Positions 1 to 9,932 of a DNA stretch of 56,198 nucleotides are shown piece by piece. Made by a program: the position numbers and the translations under genes. The notes under the pieces are model-generated. The model was not told the origin of the DNA. It worked only from the letters and a program-made list of their open reading frames with translations, and made no database searches. The DNA is from Candidatus Iainarchaeum sp. (GTDB lineage Archaea; Iainarchaeota; Iainarchaeia; JAGGVJ01): assembly GCA_021158055.1 (NCBI GenBank), contig JAGGVJ010000004.1, positions 1-56,198 of the forward strand, read 5' to 3'. Position 1 is the first letter of the stretch. Every line of letters begins with the position of its first letter.

Positions 1-2455
1 AAAGCAGTGTCTCGACAAAAACATTTTCAAACCCTTCAACCTTTTCAGCGTGCTCTGACGGCTTTGACACCACGATGGAGATTGACACTGCCTTTACGGT
101 GTGGCGGATGTCTTCTGACAGCTCATCAACCATGGCTCTCAACTCCCCGTCTTGAGGCAGGATCACCTGTACTTCAGACACTTCCTTGTTCAGGGAAATT
201 GACTTCCCGCTTTTTTTCTTGCGCACGGCTGCTATTATTGCTTTTGCAAGTTCTCCCTGCTTGAGGTTGTAGTCATGCACCATTCTTTTGTCTGCTTTTG
301 GCCAGCCAATCACGTGGATGCTTTTGATCCTTTTGTCCTTAGAATACATGTTCTGGTATATCGCTTCTGTCATGTGCGGGGTGAAAGGCGAAAGCATCAA
401 GAGCACGTCAAACAAGACGTCGTAAAGTATTTTCTGCGCAGTCATCCTGCTTTCGTCCGAGTGCTTTTCAGGCTCGTAAATCCTTGACTTTACCATTTCA
501 AGGTAATAAGAGGAAAAATCGTTCCAGAAAAAAACCCGAAGCGCCTGCAACGCCTTTGAAAATTCATACTTATCCAAAGAATCGGTTACCTCCTTCACAA
601 GCAAATTGTGTCTTGCAAGAATCCACTTGTCAACTGCGGTGTATTTGCACTCAAAAACCTTTAAGGGATCAAACCCTTCAAGCGCAATGTCAATGAAAGC
701 CGACGCGTTCCAGAGCTTGTTCATGAACTTTTGGGAGTGGTCAAGCTCCTTGTACGAAATCGGGTAATCTTCTCCAAGGCTTGCGTTTGAAGCCCACTGC
801 CTTATTGCGTCAGAGCTGTATTTTTTCTTCAGTTCCTCGGGAGCAACCACGTTCCCGCGCGACTTGCTCATTTTTTTCCCGTCTGCGCCGGCGACCATCC
901 CGTTGATTACAATGTCTTTGAAAGGCTGTTCGCCTGTAAGCACAGAGCACCTGAAAATAGTGTAAAATGCCCACGTGCGGATAATCTCGGTTCCCTGCGG
1001 CCTCATATAGTTCGGGTAAGTCTTTTCGAACCATTGCCTGTCGTCAAGCCATTTTGAAAGCACAAGGGGCGTCACTGAAGAGTCGACCCAGCAGTCGCAG
1101 ACATCAGTTTCCCCGACAATGTTTTTTGAGTTGCATTCCGGGCAGGTTTCAAATTTCGCTTTTTCAAGCGCAGGGTCGATGGGAAGCTCTTCTTTGAGCG
1201 GGGCAATTATCTTTCCGCAGTCTTTGCAGTACCAGAAAGGAATGGGGGTTCCGTAAACCCTCTGCCTTGAAATCACCCAGTCCCAGTCCATCGCGTCTGC
1301 CCAGTCATCCAGGCGCCCTTTCATGTAAGCCGGGAACCAGTTGATTTTTGAAGCTTCTTTTTTGATGTCGTTTATGAACGGCTTTACTTTTATAAACCAT
1401 TGATAAAGTGACAGCAACTCGATGGGAGTGTCGCACCTGTCAGTGTGGCAAAGCACCCTGTGGTCTGCTTGTTCTTCTCTGGAAATTTTTTCAAGCTTTT
1501 TTAGTTTTTCGACAATCTGTTTTCTTGCTTTCTTTGAGTACATCCCGTCAAACTCGCCTGAGTTTTTCATGTGCCCGCGCTGGTCGATTACTTCGCGCAC
1601 AGGCAGATCAAATTTTTTCTGCCACAATATATCCTGCTCGTCCCCGAAAGTGCAGACATACACTGCGCCTGTCCCGAATTCCATGTCAACTGCCGCGTCG
1701 CAGAAAATCGGAACGCTGCGGTCAAAGATCGGCAGTATGGCTTCGTCTTTTTCAATTCCCCTGTACCGATTATCGTCGGGGTGAACAAGAACCGCAACGC
1801 ACGCATTCATCATTTCAGGCCTTGTGGTTGCAATGGTAATTTTTTTGCCTGATTTTGTGTCAAATTCAACGTAATAAAGTATTCCCGGTTTTTCAAGGTA
1901 CCCGACTTCCGCTTTTGCAAGAGCTGTCTCGCAGTGGGGGCACCAGAGCACGGGGTGTTTTTCGCGGTAGATCATGCCCTTGTCCAAAAAGTCAAGAAGC
2001 GAGTGCTGGACATACCTTTTGTAGTCATCGCTTCGCGTTTCATAGTACTGGCTCCAGTCAGCGGAGTAACCGATGTCCCTGTACTGACCCACCATTTTCG
2101 CCGCGCATTCAGTGGTCCATTCCTCGCATTTGTCCTTGAATTCTTTCCTGTTGTTTTTGTCTATGCCAAACTCTTTTGCGACCTTGAGCTCTGTGGGCAG
2201 GCCGTGGCAGTCAAAGCCAAGCGGAAAGTAGACATTGTATCCGCTCATGCGCTTATATCTGGCCATCAGGTCAATCCATGTGTGGTTTAACAGGTGGCCG
2301 ATGTGAAGGGTTCCCGAAGTGAAGCTTGGCGGGTTGTCAATCCCGTAGACCGGCTTGTCACTGTTTATGTCAAAGCGGAATACGTTTTTGTCTTCCCAGA
2401 ATTGCTGTATTTCTTTTTCTGTCTTGAGATAATCATATTTTTTTTCCATTGCCAT
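1..2455 (-). CDS. valS: Valine--tRNA ligase, archaeal type; stop codon lies beyond the window edge
   Basis: Manual minus-strand translation: MAMEKKYDYLKTEKEIQQFWEDKNVFRFD...IDNPPSFTSGTLHIGH (HIGH motif), DWVISRQR and GKKMSKSRGN (KMSKS). The frame is still open at position 1, so it is absent from the ORF track. GGTGA lies upstream of the start. Confidence 0.95.
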   Translation of the reverse strand, partial: MAMEKKYDYLKTEKEIQQFWEDKNVFRFDINSDKPVYGIDNPPSFTSGTLHIGHLLNHTWIDLMARYKRMSGYNVYFPLGFDCHGLPTELKVAKEFGIDKNNRKEFKDKCEEWTTECAAKMVGQYRDIGYSADWSQYYETRSDDYKRYVQHSLLDFLDKGMIYREKHPVLWCPHCETALAKAEVGYLEKPGILYYVEFDTKSGKKITIATTRPEMMNACVAVLVHPDDNRYRGIEKDEAILPIFDRSVPIFCDAAVDMEFGTGAVYVCTFGDEQDILWQKKFDLPVREVIDQRGHMKNSGEFDGMYSKKARKQIVEKLKKLEKISREEQADHRVLCHTDRCDTPIELLSLYQWFIKVKPFINDIKKEASKINWFPAYMKGRLDDWADAMDWDWVISRQRVYGTPIPFWYCKDCGKIIAPLKEELPIDPALEKAKFETCPECNSKNIVGETDVCDCWVDSSVTPLVLSKWLDDRQWFEKTYPNYMRPQGTEIIRTWAFYTIFRCSVLTGEQPFKDIVINGMVAGADGKKMSKSRGNVVAPEELKKKYSSDAIRQWASNASLGEDYPISYKELDHSQKFMNKLWNASAFIDIALEGFDPLKVFECKYTAVDKWILARHNLLVKEVTDSLDKYEFSKALQALRVFFWNDFSSYYLEMVKSRIYEPEKHSDESRMTAQKILYDVLFDVLLMLSPFTPHMTEAIYQNMYSKDKRIKSIHVIGWPKADKRMVHDYNLKQGELAKAIIAAVRKKKSGKSISLNKEVSEVQVILPQDGELRAMVDELSEDIRHTVKAVSISIVVSKPSEHAEKVEGFENVFVETLL

Positions 2456-2493
2456 TAAATCACCGTTTGCCGCTAAATCATCGTTTAACCGGT

Positions 2494-4956
2494 TTAAATT
2501 TCAGGTTGCCTATGTATTGTCATTTTGTGATTGGAATAAACTTTGTCCATGAAATCAAACTCTTTTTCCTTGCTGAAAAAAGTCGGTTTTGTCGCGTCCA
2601 TGAATACTTTTTGCGGGTCGATTATGATATATTTTATGCCGTACTTGCGCACTATCTGCTCGTCTTCGTCGATTATCAGCGAGTATGTGTCGGAAAGTTT
2701 TTGCATGTCCGCGTATTCCACGTAAAGGTCTGAAAGGGCTTTTCTCTGCCCGAGATAAGTGGCAACGTGCGCGTGCAAAGGCGAAACCGCCGTGTTTTCG
2801 TCTGGCAGCGAATGGGTTTTGAGGTAATGCATGGCTGCCGGGTATTCAAGGGGGGTTGTCGAACTTGAAAGGATTGAAAAATTCAGGAAAAGCGAGATTC
2901 CGACCACAAGGACAATCAGGTTGAAAAAGTTTTTTTCACTGAGTTGTTTCGAAAACACATTGAGAGCAAGGACCGCTAAAGTCATATGTGTCAAAAGATT
3001 CACGCGGTAGCTTACAAAAAGCTGAATGATTACAAGGATTGCGCCTGAAACAGCAAGCTTCTGAACATACCTGTCAAGTTTTTTCCATTGCCATGCTGCT
3101 GAAATCAACCCGGCTGCAAGGAAAAAGAACACGAGTCCTCCAAGGTCAGGCAGCAAATCAAAAAAGCTGTGGTTTATCATGTAACCCCATTTTTGCGGCT
3201 CCACTTCATAGGGCATTCCCCACGAAAGAAGTATCGGCATGTAAAGCAGTGAAAAAAGCAAAAACATTGCGGCAAGGGTCAGCGCAGTTTTTTTGACACT
3301 GACTTTTTTTGAGAGAATCACACACATTGCAGGGGCGAACACAATCATTGAGAACTGCGTGAATGCTGCCATCGCACCTATTGCCGCGGTTATCCATATG
3401 TTTTTTCCCTTGATCATTCTCGTCGCTGCAATGACTGCCAGTGAAAACGCAAGAACGTGTTTCGGGGAAACCGCCCAGCTCACAAACACAAAAAGGGAAC
3501 TCATGAAAAGAGCGTAAAAAAGCAATTGTTGTTTTTCGCTTAGCTTTATTGCCCTGGCCAGGTTCACCGCGCTGTAGGCAAACAAGGTATTTGAAAAGAT
3601 CCAGACAAGATAAAACAACGCGTTTGCCTGCGCACCTGACACAAAATGAATGCTTGAATTCAAAAGAAAATAGCCCCAGACAAAAGTGAACCCGCGCCCG
3701 AGGTAACTGAGCGTGTCGCTGACAGGAATCATGTTGTTTTCGGTTATGGCCTGCGCATACCTTTCATAGAAAACGTTCCAGTCATTGAAATGAGACGGCA
3801 TGAAAAAGAAAACAAACGAAAACAGGATCACTCCAGCAAGCGGAATCAACGCAAACAACAGGGCCTGGTCTTTTTCGGATTTGTTTTTCGCTGGCTTGGT
3901 CCTGAAAAAATAGTGCTTGAGCGCAAAAACAATCGCAAACGACAGGGTTATGCCTAAAATCACAGTCAGCTGGTTTAAAGGAACTTCAAAAAGGTCAAGC
4001 GCCCACGGCACAACCATAAAGATGCAGACAACCAAAGCCAGTGCGTTTGTCGTGCGCTCTGTTTTGCACAAATCTCCGAATAAGGCAAAAGAAGCGATCA
4101 AGGCAAAAACCAAAAATATCGCTCCGGGCAACACGCTCGGTCTTTGTGCTTGTGTTTCCTGCAGCACAAAATTTGCTTTTGAACCTTTGAAGCCGATTGA
4201 CAGCGCCTGCGCAGGCGTGCCTGCCGAAGCCTGATGCGTGATGTTCTGCAGTTCTTTCAGCGGTATCTCAATTTCCTTTTTTTCGTAGGGGGTGACATCA
4301 ATCAAATAGCTTGCAATTGCTTTTCCTTCGTCTTGACCTTGTGTTCCTGTGGGACTCATTATGGTAAGCGGGTATGTTCCGCCTTTTGAATTGTTTTCAA
4401 TGAAAAAAACAACTTGTCCGTTTTTGCTTTCAAGACCTGCCACTGCAGAAACCGCAGCGTTTGTTTCAGGCATCCTGTTATCGGTTTTTATTGCGTGAAA
4501 GAATAGGTGGTTTTCTCCACTGTAAATATTAATGAGGTTTTTTCCTGCTTCAAGGAACTCCGGATTTATGCAGATGTCAAGGTTTTTTGAATCGCTTTCA
4601 AACTGGCTTCCTGAAAAGCCGGACCTTTGGATCGCATGCTGAAATGAAAAAAAATCTTCTTTTTTTGTTTTAAGCTCAACTTCCTGCTCAAATACAATGC
4701 GCTTGTTTGTTTCCACTTTGATTGTTTCCAGGCGCATGCTTTCCATGAAATGCGGGGTTATCTGAAGCCCGAAGCAAACCTGTTGCAGTGCGCTTACATT
4801 GCTGTCAAAGTAAGTCAGTTTCGCGTCTGCAAACGGGTAGTTGTTTGGCGAAAGGCTGTGCCAGAAACACGAAAGAAAAACCCCTAAAACAACCATCATC
4901 AAAAGAACTGTAAAAACAAGTTTGCCTGAAACCTTTGGTCTTTTGAAATCCGCCAT
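2494..4956 (-). CDS. Large polytopic membrane protein, GT-C (polyprenol-phosphate-sugar dependent) glycosyltransferase-like
   Basis: 851-aa ORF, likely start MADFKRPK at 4956. N-terminal TM, soluble domain of about 250 aa, more than 10 TMs, loop FNDWNVFYERY...YLGRGFTF, and a C-terminal soluble domain AMHYLK...RKYGIKYIIID...DKVYSN typical of archaeal GT-C-like proteins. Confidence 0.6.
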   Translation of the reverse strand: MADFKRPKVSGKLVFTVLLMMVVLGVFLSCFWHSLSPNNYPFADAKLTYFDSNVSALQQVCFGLQITPHFMESMRLETIKVETNKRIVFEQEVELKTKKEDFFSFQHAIQRSGFSGSQFESDSKNLDICINPEFLEAGKNLINIYSGENHLFFHAIKTDNRMPETNAAVSAVAGLESKNGQVVFFIENNSKGGTYPLTIMSPTGTQGQDEGKAIASYLIDVTPYEKKEIEIPLKELQNITHQASAGTPAQALSIGFKGSKANFVLQETQAQRPSVLPGAIFLVFALIASFALFGDLCKTERTTNALALVVCIFMVVPWALDLFEVPLNQLTVILGITLSFAIVFALKHYFFRTKPAKNKSEKDQALLFALIPLAGVILFSFVFFFMPSHFNDWNVFYERYAQAITENNMIPVSDTLSYLGRGFTFVWGYFLLNSSIHFVSGAQANALFYLVWIFSNTLFAYSAVNLARAIKLSEKQQLLFYALFMSSLFVFVSWAVSPKHVLAFSLAVIAATRMIKGKNIWITAAIGAMAAFTQFSMIVFAPAMCVILSKKVSVKKTALTLAAMFLLFSLLYMPILLSWGMPYEVEPQKWGYMINHSFFDLLPDLGGLVFFFLAAGLISAAWQWKKLDRYVQKLAVSGAILVIIQLFVSYRVNLLTHMTLAVLALNVFSKQLSEKNFFNLIVLVVGISLFLNFSILSSSTTPLEYPAAMHYLKTHSLPDENTAVSPLHAHVATYLGQRKALSDLYVEYADMQKLSDTYSLIIDEDEQIVRKYGIKYIIIDPQKVFMDATKPTFFSKEKEFDFMDKVYSNHKMTIHRQPEI

Positions 4957-5096
4957 AAAAAATCTTTGTCCTGCAATCTGCAATGCTATAATAATTGTTT
5001 TATATAATTTTACATGATTAATAATTTTAATGATTATTATGTTACTCACTACATTTTGCGCTGTTTTTCAGCTATATTATCTAACTGCATTAAATT

Positions 5097-6647
5097 CTAA
5101 ATAACTTTTGGGTTCTTTGCTTTTTTATTTGTTTCAGGAGTGATTTGCTTGAGAGGATTGAAAGAATATACTTTTGAATAAGGGTTTTCAATAAGCTTGT
5201 TAAGATTTTGGTTCGCGTCAAGCATTTTTATTTTTTGGCTTCCGAATTTCAGGGTTTCGGAGCGCGACACATAAACCAGGTTTGCATTGTACTTTTCAAG
5301 AATCCTGTCTGCGTTTCCCTTGCCATTGCCTGGTCCGGGGTCCTCAAAAAAAAGGTTCGCGTCAAAAAGCCGCTCTTGCGAATCGGGAAGCTGTTCCATG
5401 AAAGGTCCGATGACTATTTTTTTACCGGAAATTACCGGGATTCCGTAACCGGGCGTAAACCCGGCAAGCACGATTCCGTCTTCAAAACCGGTTGCTGATG
5501 CCATCGCACTCATTGCAGAGCAATCAAAATCATCTATCGGCGGGTATCTTGAGGTTATTATCCACGCGCTTGAAAAAAGCATGAGGGTCAGAAAAACCGC
5601 GGTTGAATATTTTTTGAGCTTAAAAAGCTGCATGTTTTCGTTTTTGCATATCTTGCTTCCAAATCGTCCGGAACGCATCAAAAACAACACTGAAAAAAAA
5701 GCCACCGGGAAAAACCCATATGCAAGTTCCCTGAATTTCAGGATATTTTTTCCGGTAACCTCTCCGACAACGTACATCGCATACGCTGCAAGAATCCATA
5801 TCCAGGCATATTTCAGATATCCTTTCCTGGAATGCGCGCTTAAAAGCCCGAAAAATGCAAAAACAGCGGCTGCTCCGAAAAGCATAAGCGGGTTGTATTC
5901 GGAGATCCACGGGTTTTCAAGTGGGTTCACTGAAAGTATCTCGCCAAAAATAGGCACCCACCAAAACGAAGTGGCAAGCGCCGCGAGACCGATTCCGAAA
6001 AGAAATGCCTTGCTTGGTTTTTGCCCCTTAAACATGTCTGCGGCAAAAAATATCAAAACAAGCCCGGAAACGCTCAAAAAAGACCTGCCATGAAAAAGCA
6101 CTAAGGGAACCAAGATGACAGCAAATTGAACAGGGTTTGATTCAATAAAAAACAAAACAGCAGTTAAAAATAAGAGAAGACCAACAGTTTCCGGAATCGG
6201 TGCAAACGAACGCATCAGCACCCAGGGCAAAAGGCACACGACAAGACCTGTCAAACGCGAAGACATCGGGTTTTTAATGAACCGGTCTGCAATGCGCCTT
6301 GAAATAAAATAAAAAGAAGCAATGAAAAAAAATGACATAACCATCCACACAACAGAAACGTCAAGCCCTGAAAGGATTGAAAGCTGCGCTGAAAACACAT
6401 CGAAAAGAGGTGAATATATATGGGTTATCGGCTGCCCGTAGGTAAAATTCAAAAAAGGAAAAGACGTTGTCCGGATTATTTCAGCAACTGTCGCTGCTCT
6501 TTCCCACTGGTCTGAAACAAGAAAAAAAGCGCTTTTTGAAATTGCGGCCAGGTTCAAAGTGAAAAGAATCAGCAAGGACACTGCATCTACGCGGTTAAAA
6601 GGAAGCGATTTCCCTGTTGCTTCATCTGGATTATTGCTTTTTTTCAT
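5097..6647 (-). CDS. Polytopic membrane protein, GT-C-fold glycosyltransferase-like
   Basis: 516 aa. First loop SDQWER...TYGQPITHIYSPLF resembles the D..YPP loop of GT-C enzymes; C-terminal ILEKYNANLVYV domain. ATGA overlap with the upstream gene. Confidence 0.6.
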   Translation of the reverse strand: MKKSNNPDEATGKSLPFNRVDAVSLLILFTLNLAAISKSAFFLVSDQWERAATVAEIIRTTSFPFLNFTYGQPITHIYSPLFDVFSAQLSILSGLDVSVVWMVMSFFFIASFYFISRRIADRFIKNPMSSRLTGLVVCLLPWVLMRSFAPIPETVGLLLFLTAVLFFIESNPVQFAVILVPLVLFHGRSFLSVSGLVLIFFAADMFKGQKPSKAFLFGIGLAALATSFWWVPIFGEILSVNPLENPWISEYNPLMLFGAAAVFAFFGLLSAHSRKGYLKYAWIWILAAYAMYVVGEVTGKNILKFRELAYGFFPVAFFSVLFLMRSGRFGSKICKNENMQLFKLKKYSTAVFLTLMLFSSAWIITSRYPPIDDFDCSAMSAMASATGFEDGIVLAGFTPGYGIPVISGKKIVIGPFMEQLPDSQERLFDANLFFEDPGPGNGKGNADRILEKYNANLVYVSRSETLKFGSQKIKMLDANQNLNKLIENPYSKVYSFNPLKQITPETNKKAKNPKVI

Positions 6648-8248
6648 GCGACCGCCCTGTTAAGCTCTTGCGTGCTGTCGCTGCCTGTCCACACCAGAAA
6701 CTTTTTTGTGCCCGAAACTTTTTTTACGTGAGTTGCAACAGCAATAAGCCCCCATGTAAAGTTGCCTTTCATGTCAACGTCAATCACTGTCTTTAAAGGA
6801 TTGCTGTCATCTATGCTGTTTATTTTTGAGCCTGATATGGTTTCACCGAGTTTTTCTTTCAGGTCATCCGGCTTTGAATCTGTCCAGAACACCGTGTATA
6901 TGTTGGTGCCAAGAACACGGTTTTTGTCAAATAAAGTGAATTTTGCCTGGTTTGGGATTGTCAAAAAAACAGGGAAATTGAGGTCGCCGTACATTTCCTC
7001 GCGTTCCATGACGTCAAGGTAGCCTTGCGGCCTGAAATTTTTTTCAAGCGCCTGCTCGATTTCTTTTATCCTCACCGGTTTTTCGGAATTCACGTGAATT
7101 GAGGCAAGCCAACCGTCAAGCTTCACTTCTTCAACTGAAAACGGCTCGAGAACATGCATCAACGATTTTTCTGTTGTGTCCAGTGGAAAGCCGTAAGCAA
7201 AAAGCCAGGTGTCCCGGGCTTCAGGCCCGTTTGAAGAATGATGCAAAAGGCATGCCAGGGAAAAAACAGAATATAAAAGCAGGGCAAGAGCCAGCGCATA
7301 CACAAACTTTGCCTTGTTTTTTTCCTTTGTTGTTCTTCTGCTTTTGGCAAAAACAAACCCATACCCTGTAAACAGGCCGACCATGGGCACGCAAGCAAGG
7401 AATGCGGCCGCGAAATTCACACCCGACAAGAAAAAAGACACCAAAGAAACCACCGTAGTAAGCGCGAACGGCACGAAAAGCTCCGCGTATCCACCGTATC
7501 TGCAGAAAGAAATCAAGTTGAAATTTCTTGCTGCAAAAAGACCGGACAAGCCCACTGCAATGCGAAACGGGTGTGAAAATACTCCTCCGTCAAAGAAAGC
7601 GATGATAAATATTCCTGAAAGCGACACCCAGAGAAGGTAGTCAAACAACGAGATTGTTTTGAGTTTTGAGTTTATGAAAACAACAGAGGAGACAAAAAAA
7701 ATAAAAACAACTGCCAAAAGCGCAACATCAAAAAATAAGATTCCCGGCGTATTGACATAAAACGGGTAACCAGTGTCAAAATTTTTAAAGTCGACTGAAA
7801 CTGTTGAGAGCAGAAGAAATATCGCTGATTTTGTCACGTGGTTGTGCTCAAGGTAGCTCATTTCCCAGCTTGTGACATTGCCCTGCGTTGCGATTGATGC
7901 AATGTAGCTCCCTGAATCTGCGCCGATGCTGTACTGCACAAAAAAATGCATAAAAAGACCCAGAATGACTGCTGCCGCTGCGCCTGCAACAAAAACTTTT
8001 AATGCAAGTGGACCGTATTCCTGCGTTTTCCTGAGCGCATTTTTGTTTTCGGATAACAGGATGGTTGCAGCTGAAAAAAATGCGGCGTACAAAAGTAAAA
8101 AAATTGTTTTCCCCGAGCTTGTGCCTTCAACAAATTGTTTTGCAACAAGGTCCATGAACAATTCCGCCGGACTGAATGCGAAAAAAACAAATAGCAAGGA
8201 ACATGAAAGCAAAAAAAGGACCATTATTTTCTTCAAAGCCGGCATCAT
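6644..8248 (-). CDS. Hypothetical polytopic membrane protein with C-terminal soluble domain
   Basis: 565-aa ORF, likely start MMPALKK after an AGGTGA RBS. About 10 TMs; polar motifs EHNHVTK and DGGVFSHP. Confidence 0.75.
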   Translation of the reverse strand: MMPALKKIMVLFLLSCSLLFVFFAFSPAELFMDLVAKQFVEGTSSGKTIFLLLYAAFFSAATILLSENKNALRKTQEYGPLALKVFVAGAAAAVILGLFMHFFVQYSIGADSGSYIASIATQGNVTSWEMSYLEHNHVTKSAIFLLLSTVSVDFKNFDTGYPFYVNTPGILFFDVALLAVVFIFFVSSVVFINSKLKTISLFDYLLWVSLSGIFIIAFFDGGVFSHPFRIAVGLSGLFAARNFNLISFCRYGGYAELFVPFALTTVVSLVSFFLSGVNFAAAFLACVPMVGLFTGYGFVFAKSRRTTKEKNKAKFVYALALALLLYSVFSLACLLHHSSNGPEARDTWLFAYGFPLDTTEKSLMHVLEPFSVEEVKLDGWLASIHVNSEKPVRIKEIEQALEKNFRPQGYLDVMEREEMYGDLNFPVFLTIPNQAKFTLFDKNRVLGTNIYTVFWTDSKPDDLKEKLGETISGSKINSIDDSNPLKTVIDVDMKGNFTWGLIAVATHVKKVSGTKKFLVWTGSDSTQELNRAVA

Positions 8249-8307
8249 TTCACCTTTAGCGGATTTTGCGCCTGTAATAATAAACACATTAAAAATACAC
8301 AGGACAT

Positions 8308-8973
8308 TTATTTGAATATGAACCCTGTGTTCATGCCCCACAACACAAGGTCAAGTTCGTCAAAAGGGATATTTATTTTCTGCGAAAATTTTTTGAAAGC
8401 AAATTCAAGTTCAAGGTATTTTTTTCTGTCCAGGTTTTTGGGAACTTCTTGTATGGCTCCTGCTTGGACCATGTTTTTCAGTATGTGCCTGTCAAGAATC
8501 ACAAGGCCTTTCATGCCGGTGTTTCTCAGGAAATGACTTGCTTCTTTCATCCCGATGCCGTTCACGTTTGACGCGAGCCAGTCCCTGATTTCAAACAGGT
8601 TCATGTTTTTTGATTTGGCTTCTTTCATTATCTCAAGGCGTCTTGATTTTGCTTCAAGCAGGTAGCGTGTCTTGTTGTTGTGAAATCTGATATTTTTCAA
8701 AAACGGCTTTGGATCCAGATCAGTGTGAATAAAATCATTTTCCCTGAGCTTTTTAATGCACGCGTCGGATTTCAACGCGCTTGACTGCGGGGTAAGCAGG
8801 CAAAAACAAAGCTCATAAAAAACATCGTCTTCATTTAGCTGCGTGAATTCCAAAAGCCTTTTTTTTATCTCTCCTTTTTTCCCGGCGTAAAACTCTTTAA
8901 TGTTTTCCCTAAACAATTCAATCTGGTCAGAAGAACGCAAAGTTCTATTTTTATGCTTTTGTTTGTTGATCAT
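8308..8973 (-). CDS. ogg: 8-oxoguanine DNA glycosylase/AP lyase (archaeal Ogg2 type)
   Basis: ELCFCLLTPQSSA, IRFHNNK, HhH motif GIGMKEASHFLRN, ILDRHIL, ELDLVLW and C-terminal FIFK. Confidence 0.92.
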   Translation of the reverse strand: MINKQKHKNRTLRSSDQIELFRENIKEFYAGKKGEIKKRLLEFTQLNEDDVFYELCFCLLTPQSSALKSDACIKKLRENDFIHTDLDPKPFLKNIRFHNNKTRYLLEAKSRRLEIMKEAKSKNMNLFEIRDWLASNVNGIGMKEASHFLRNTGMKGLVILDRHILKNMVQAGAIQEVPKNLDRKKYLELEFAFKKFSQKINIPFDELDLVLWGMNTGFIFK

Positions 8974-9128
8974 TTTATCTGACACATCTAAAGAACTATT
9001 TTTATCACACATCTAAAGAAATATTTTTATACTTCTTATATGTTATTATTGAAAAAATATGTTATTATTGAAAAAATTATCAATCAAAAAAAGTTAAAAC
9101 AAAATCTAAAATTAAAGGGGTTGTTCAA

Positions 9129-9326
9129 ATGGTTTTCATTATTTGCCCTGCTTGCGGGGAAGACGTTAAAATTTCCGATGAAGCAAAAGAAGGAGATGTT
9201 ATCAGATGTTCAAGTTGCAATTCAAAACTTGAACTTTACAAAGTAAAACATGAATTTGAAGCGGAAGTCATTGAAGAAAGAGACATTGACACCAATTATT
9301 TTCAGGACGAAGACGATGAATATTAA
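9129..9326 (+). CDS. LysW-like zinc-ribbon protein with acidic tail
   Basis: CPACG-x-EGDVIRCSSC-x-LEL pattern as in LysW, but the protein ends QDEDDEY rather than EDWGE. Confidence 0.7.
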   Translation: MVFIICPACGEDVKISDEAKEGDVIRCSSCNSKLELYKVKHEFEAEVIEERDIDTNYFQDEDDEY

Positions 9327-9419
9327 GTTAATTGCTAATTTTTGACAATCCCTTTGTTGTTAATTACCGGCAAGTTACAACAACAAACTATTTCTTTAAG
9401 TAGTAACTTATCTGTTTGC

Positions 9420-9932
9420 ATGACTGAAAAAAATATTTACATTGATATTGAAACCACAGGTCTTTCAAAAAAATCAGACCAGATAACCGTGGTCGGGGCG
9501 TTTAACGGAGAAAATTTTACGCAGCTTGTGGCAGGGCACAACCTTTGCCTTGAAAATCTCCAGAAACTTTTTGAAAACCCAAGCCGGATTGTGTCATTTA
9601 ACGGAAAGCGTTTTGATCTGCCTTTCATAACAAGGCATTTCAGCGAACTTGAAATTGACTGCAGGGAACACTGTGACTTGATGGAGCTTGGCTGGGCTCT
9701 TGGGCTGAGCGGGGGTTTAAAATCACTTGAAGTGCAGCTCGGGCTGTCAAGGCAAAGCGGTGTTTCAAACGGCTTGGAAGCGGTTTTGCTCTGGAACGAT
9801 TTTAAATCAAACGGCAACGAGGAATCCCTGACAAAACTTCTTGAATACAACAGGGAAGACGTGATGAACCTGGTAACACTTGAAAAAGTCCTCAAAAACA
9901 TGGCTTTGGAGCGTAATGAAAATGGGTTTTGA
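9420..9932 (+). CDS. RNase H-like DEDD exonuclease (YprB/RNase_H_2 family)
   Basis: YIDIETTGL, SFNGKRFDLPF, GGLKSLE, LLEYNREDV. Confidence 0.9.
   Translation: MTEKNIYIDIETTGLSKKSDQITVVGAFNGENFTQLVAGHNLCLENLQKLFENPSRIVSFNGKRFDLPFITRHFSELEIDCREHCDLMELGWALGLSGGLKSLEVQLGLSRQSGVSNGLEAVLLWNDFKSNGNEESLTKLLEYNREDVMNLVTLEKVLKNMALERNENGF

Noticed and set aside
7-2290. Many short ORFs in the track over the first 2.3 kb
   Set aside because: They are antisense or out-of-frame shadows of valS, which the track missed because its stop lies outside the window.
2494-6647. AglB oligosaccharyltransferase
   Set aside because: Neither protein has the WWDYG motif; called GT-C-like only.
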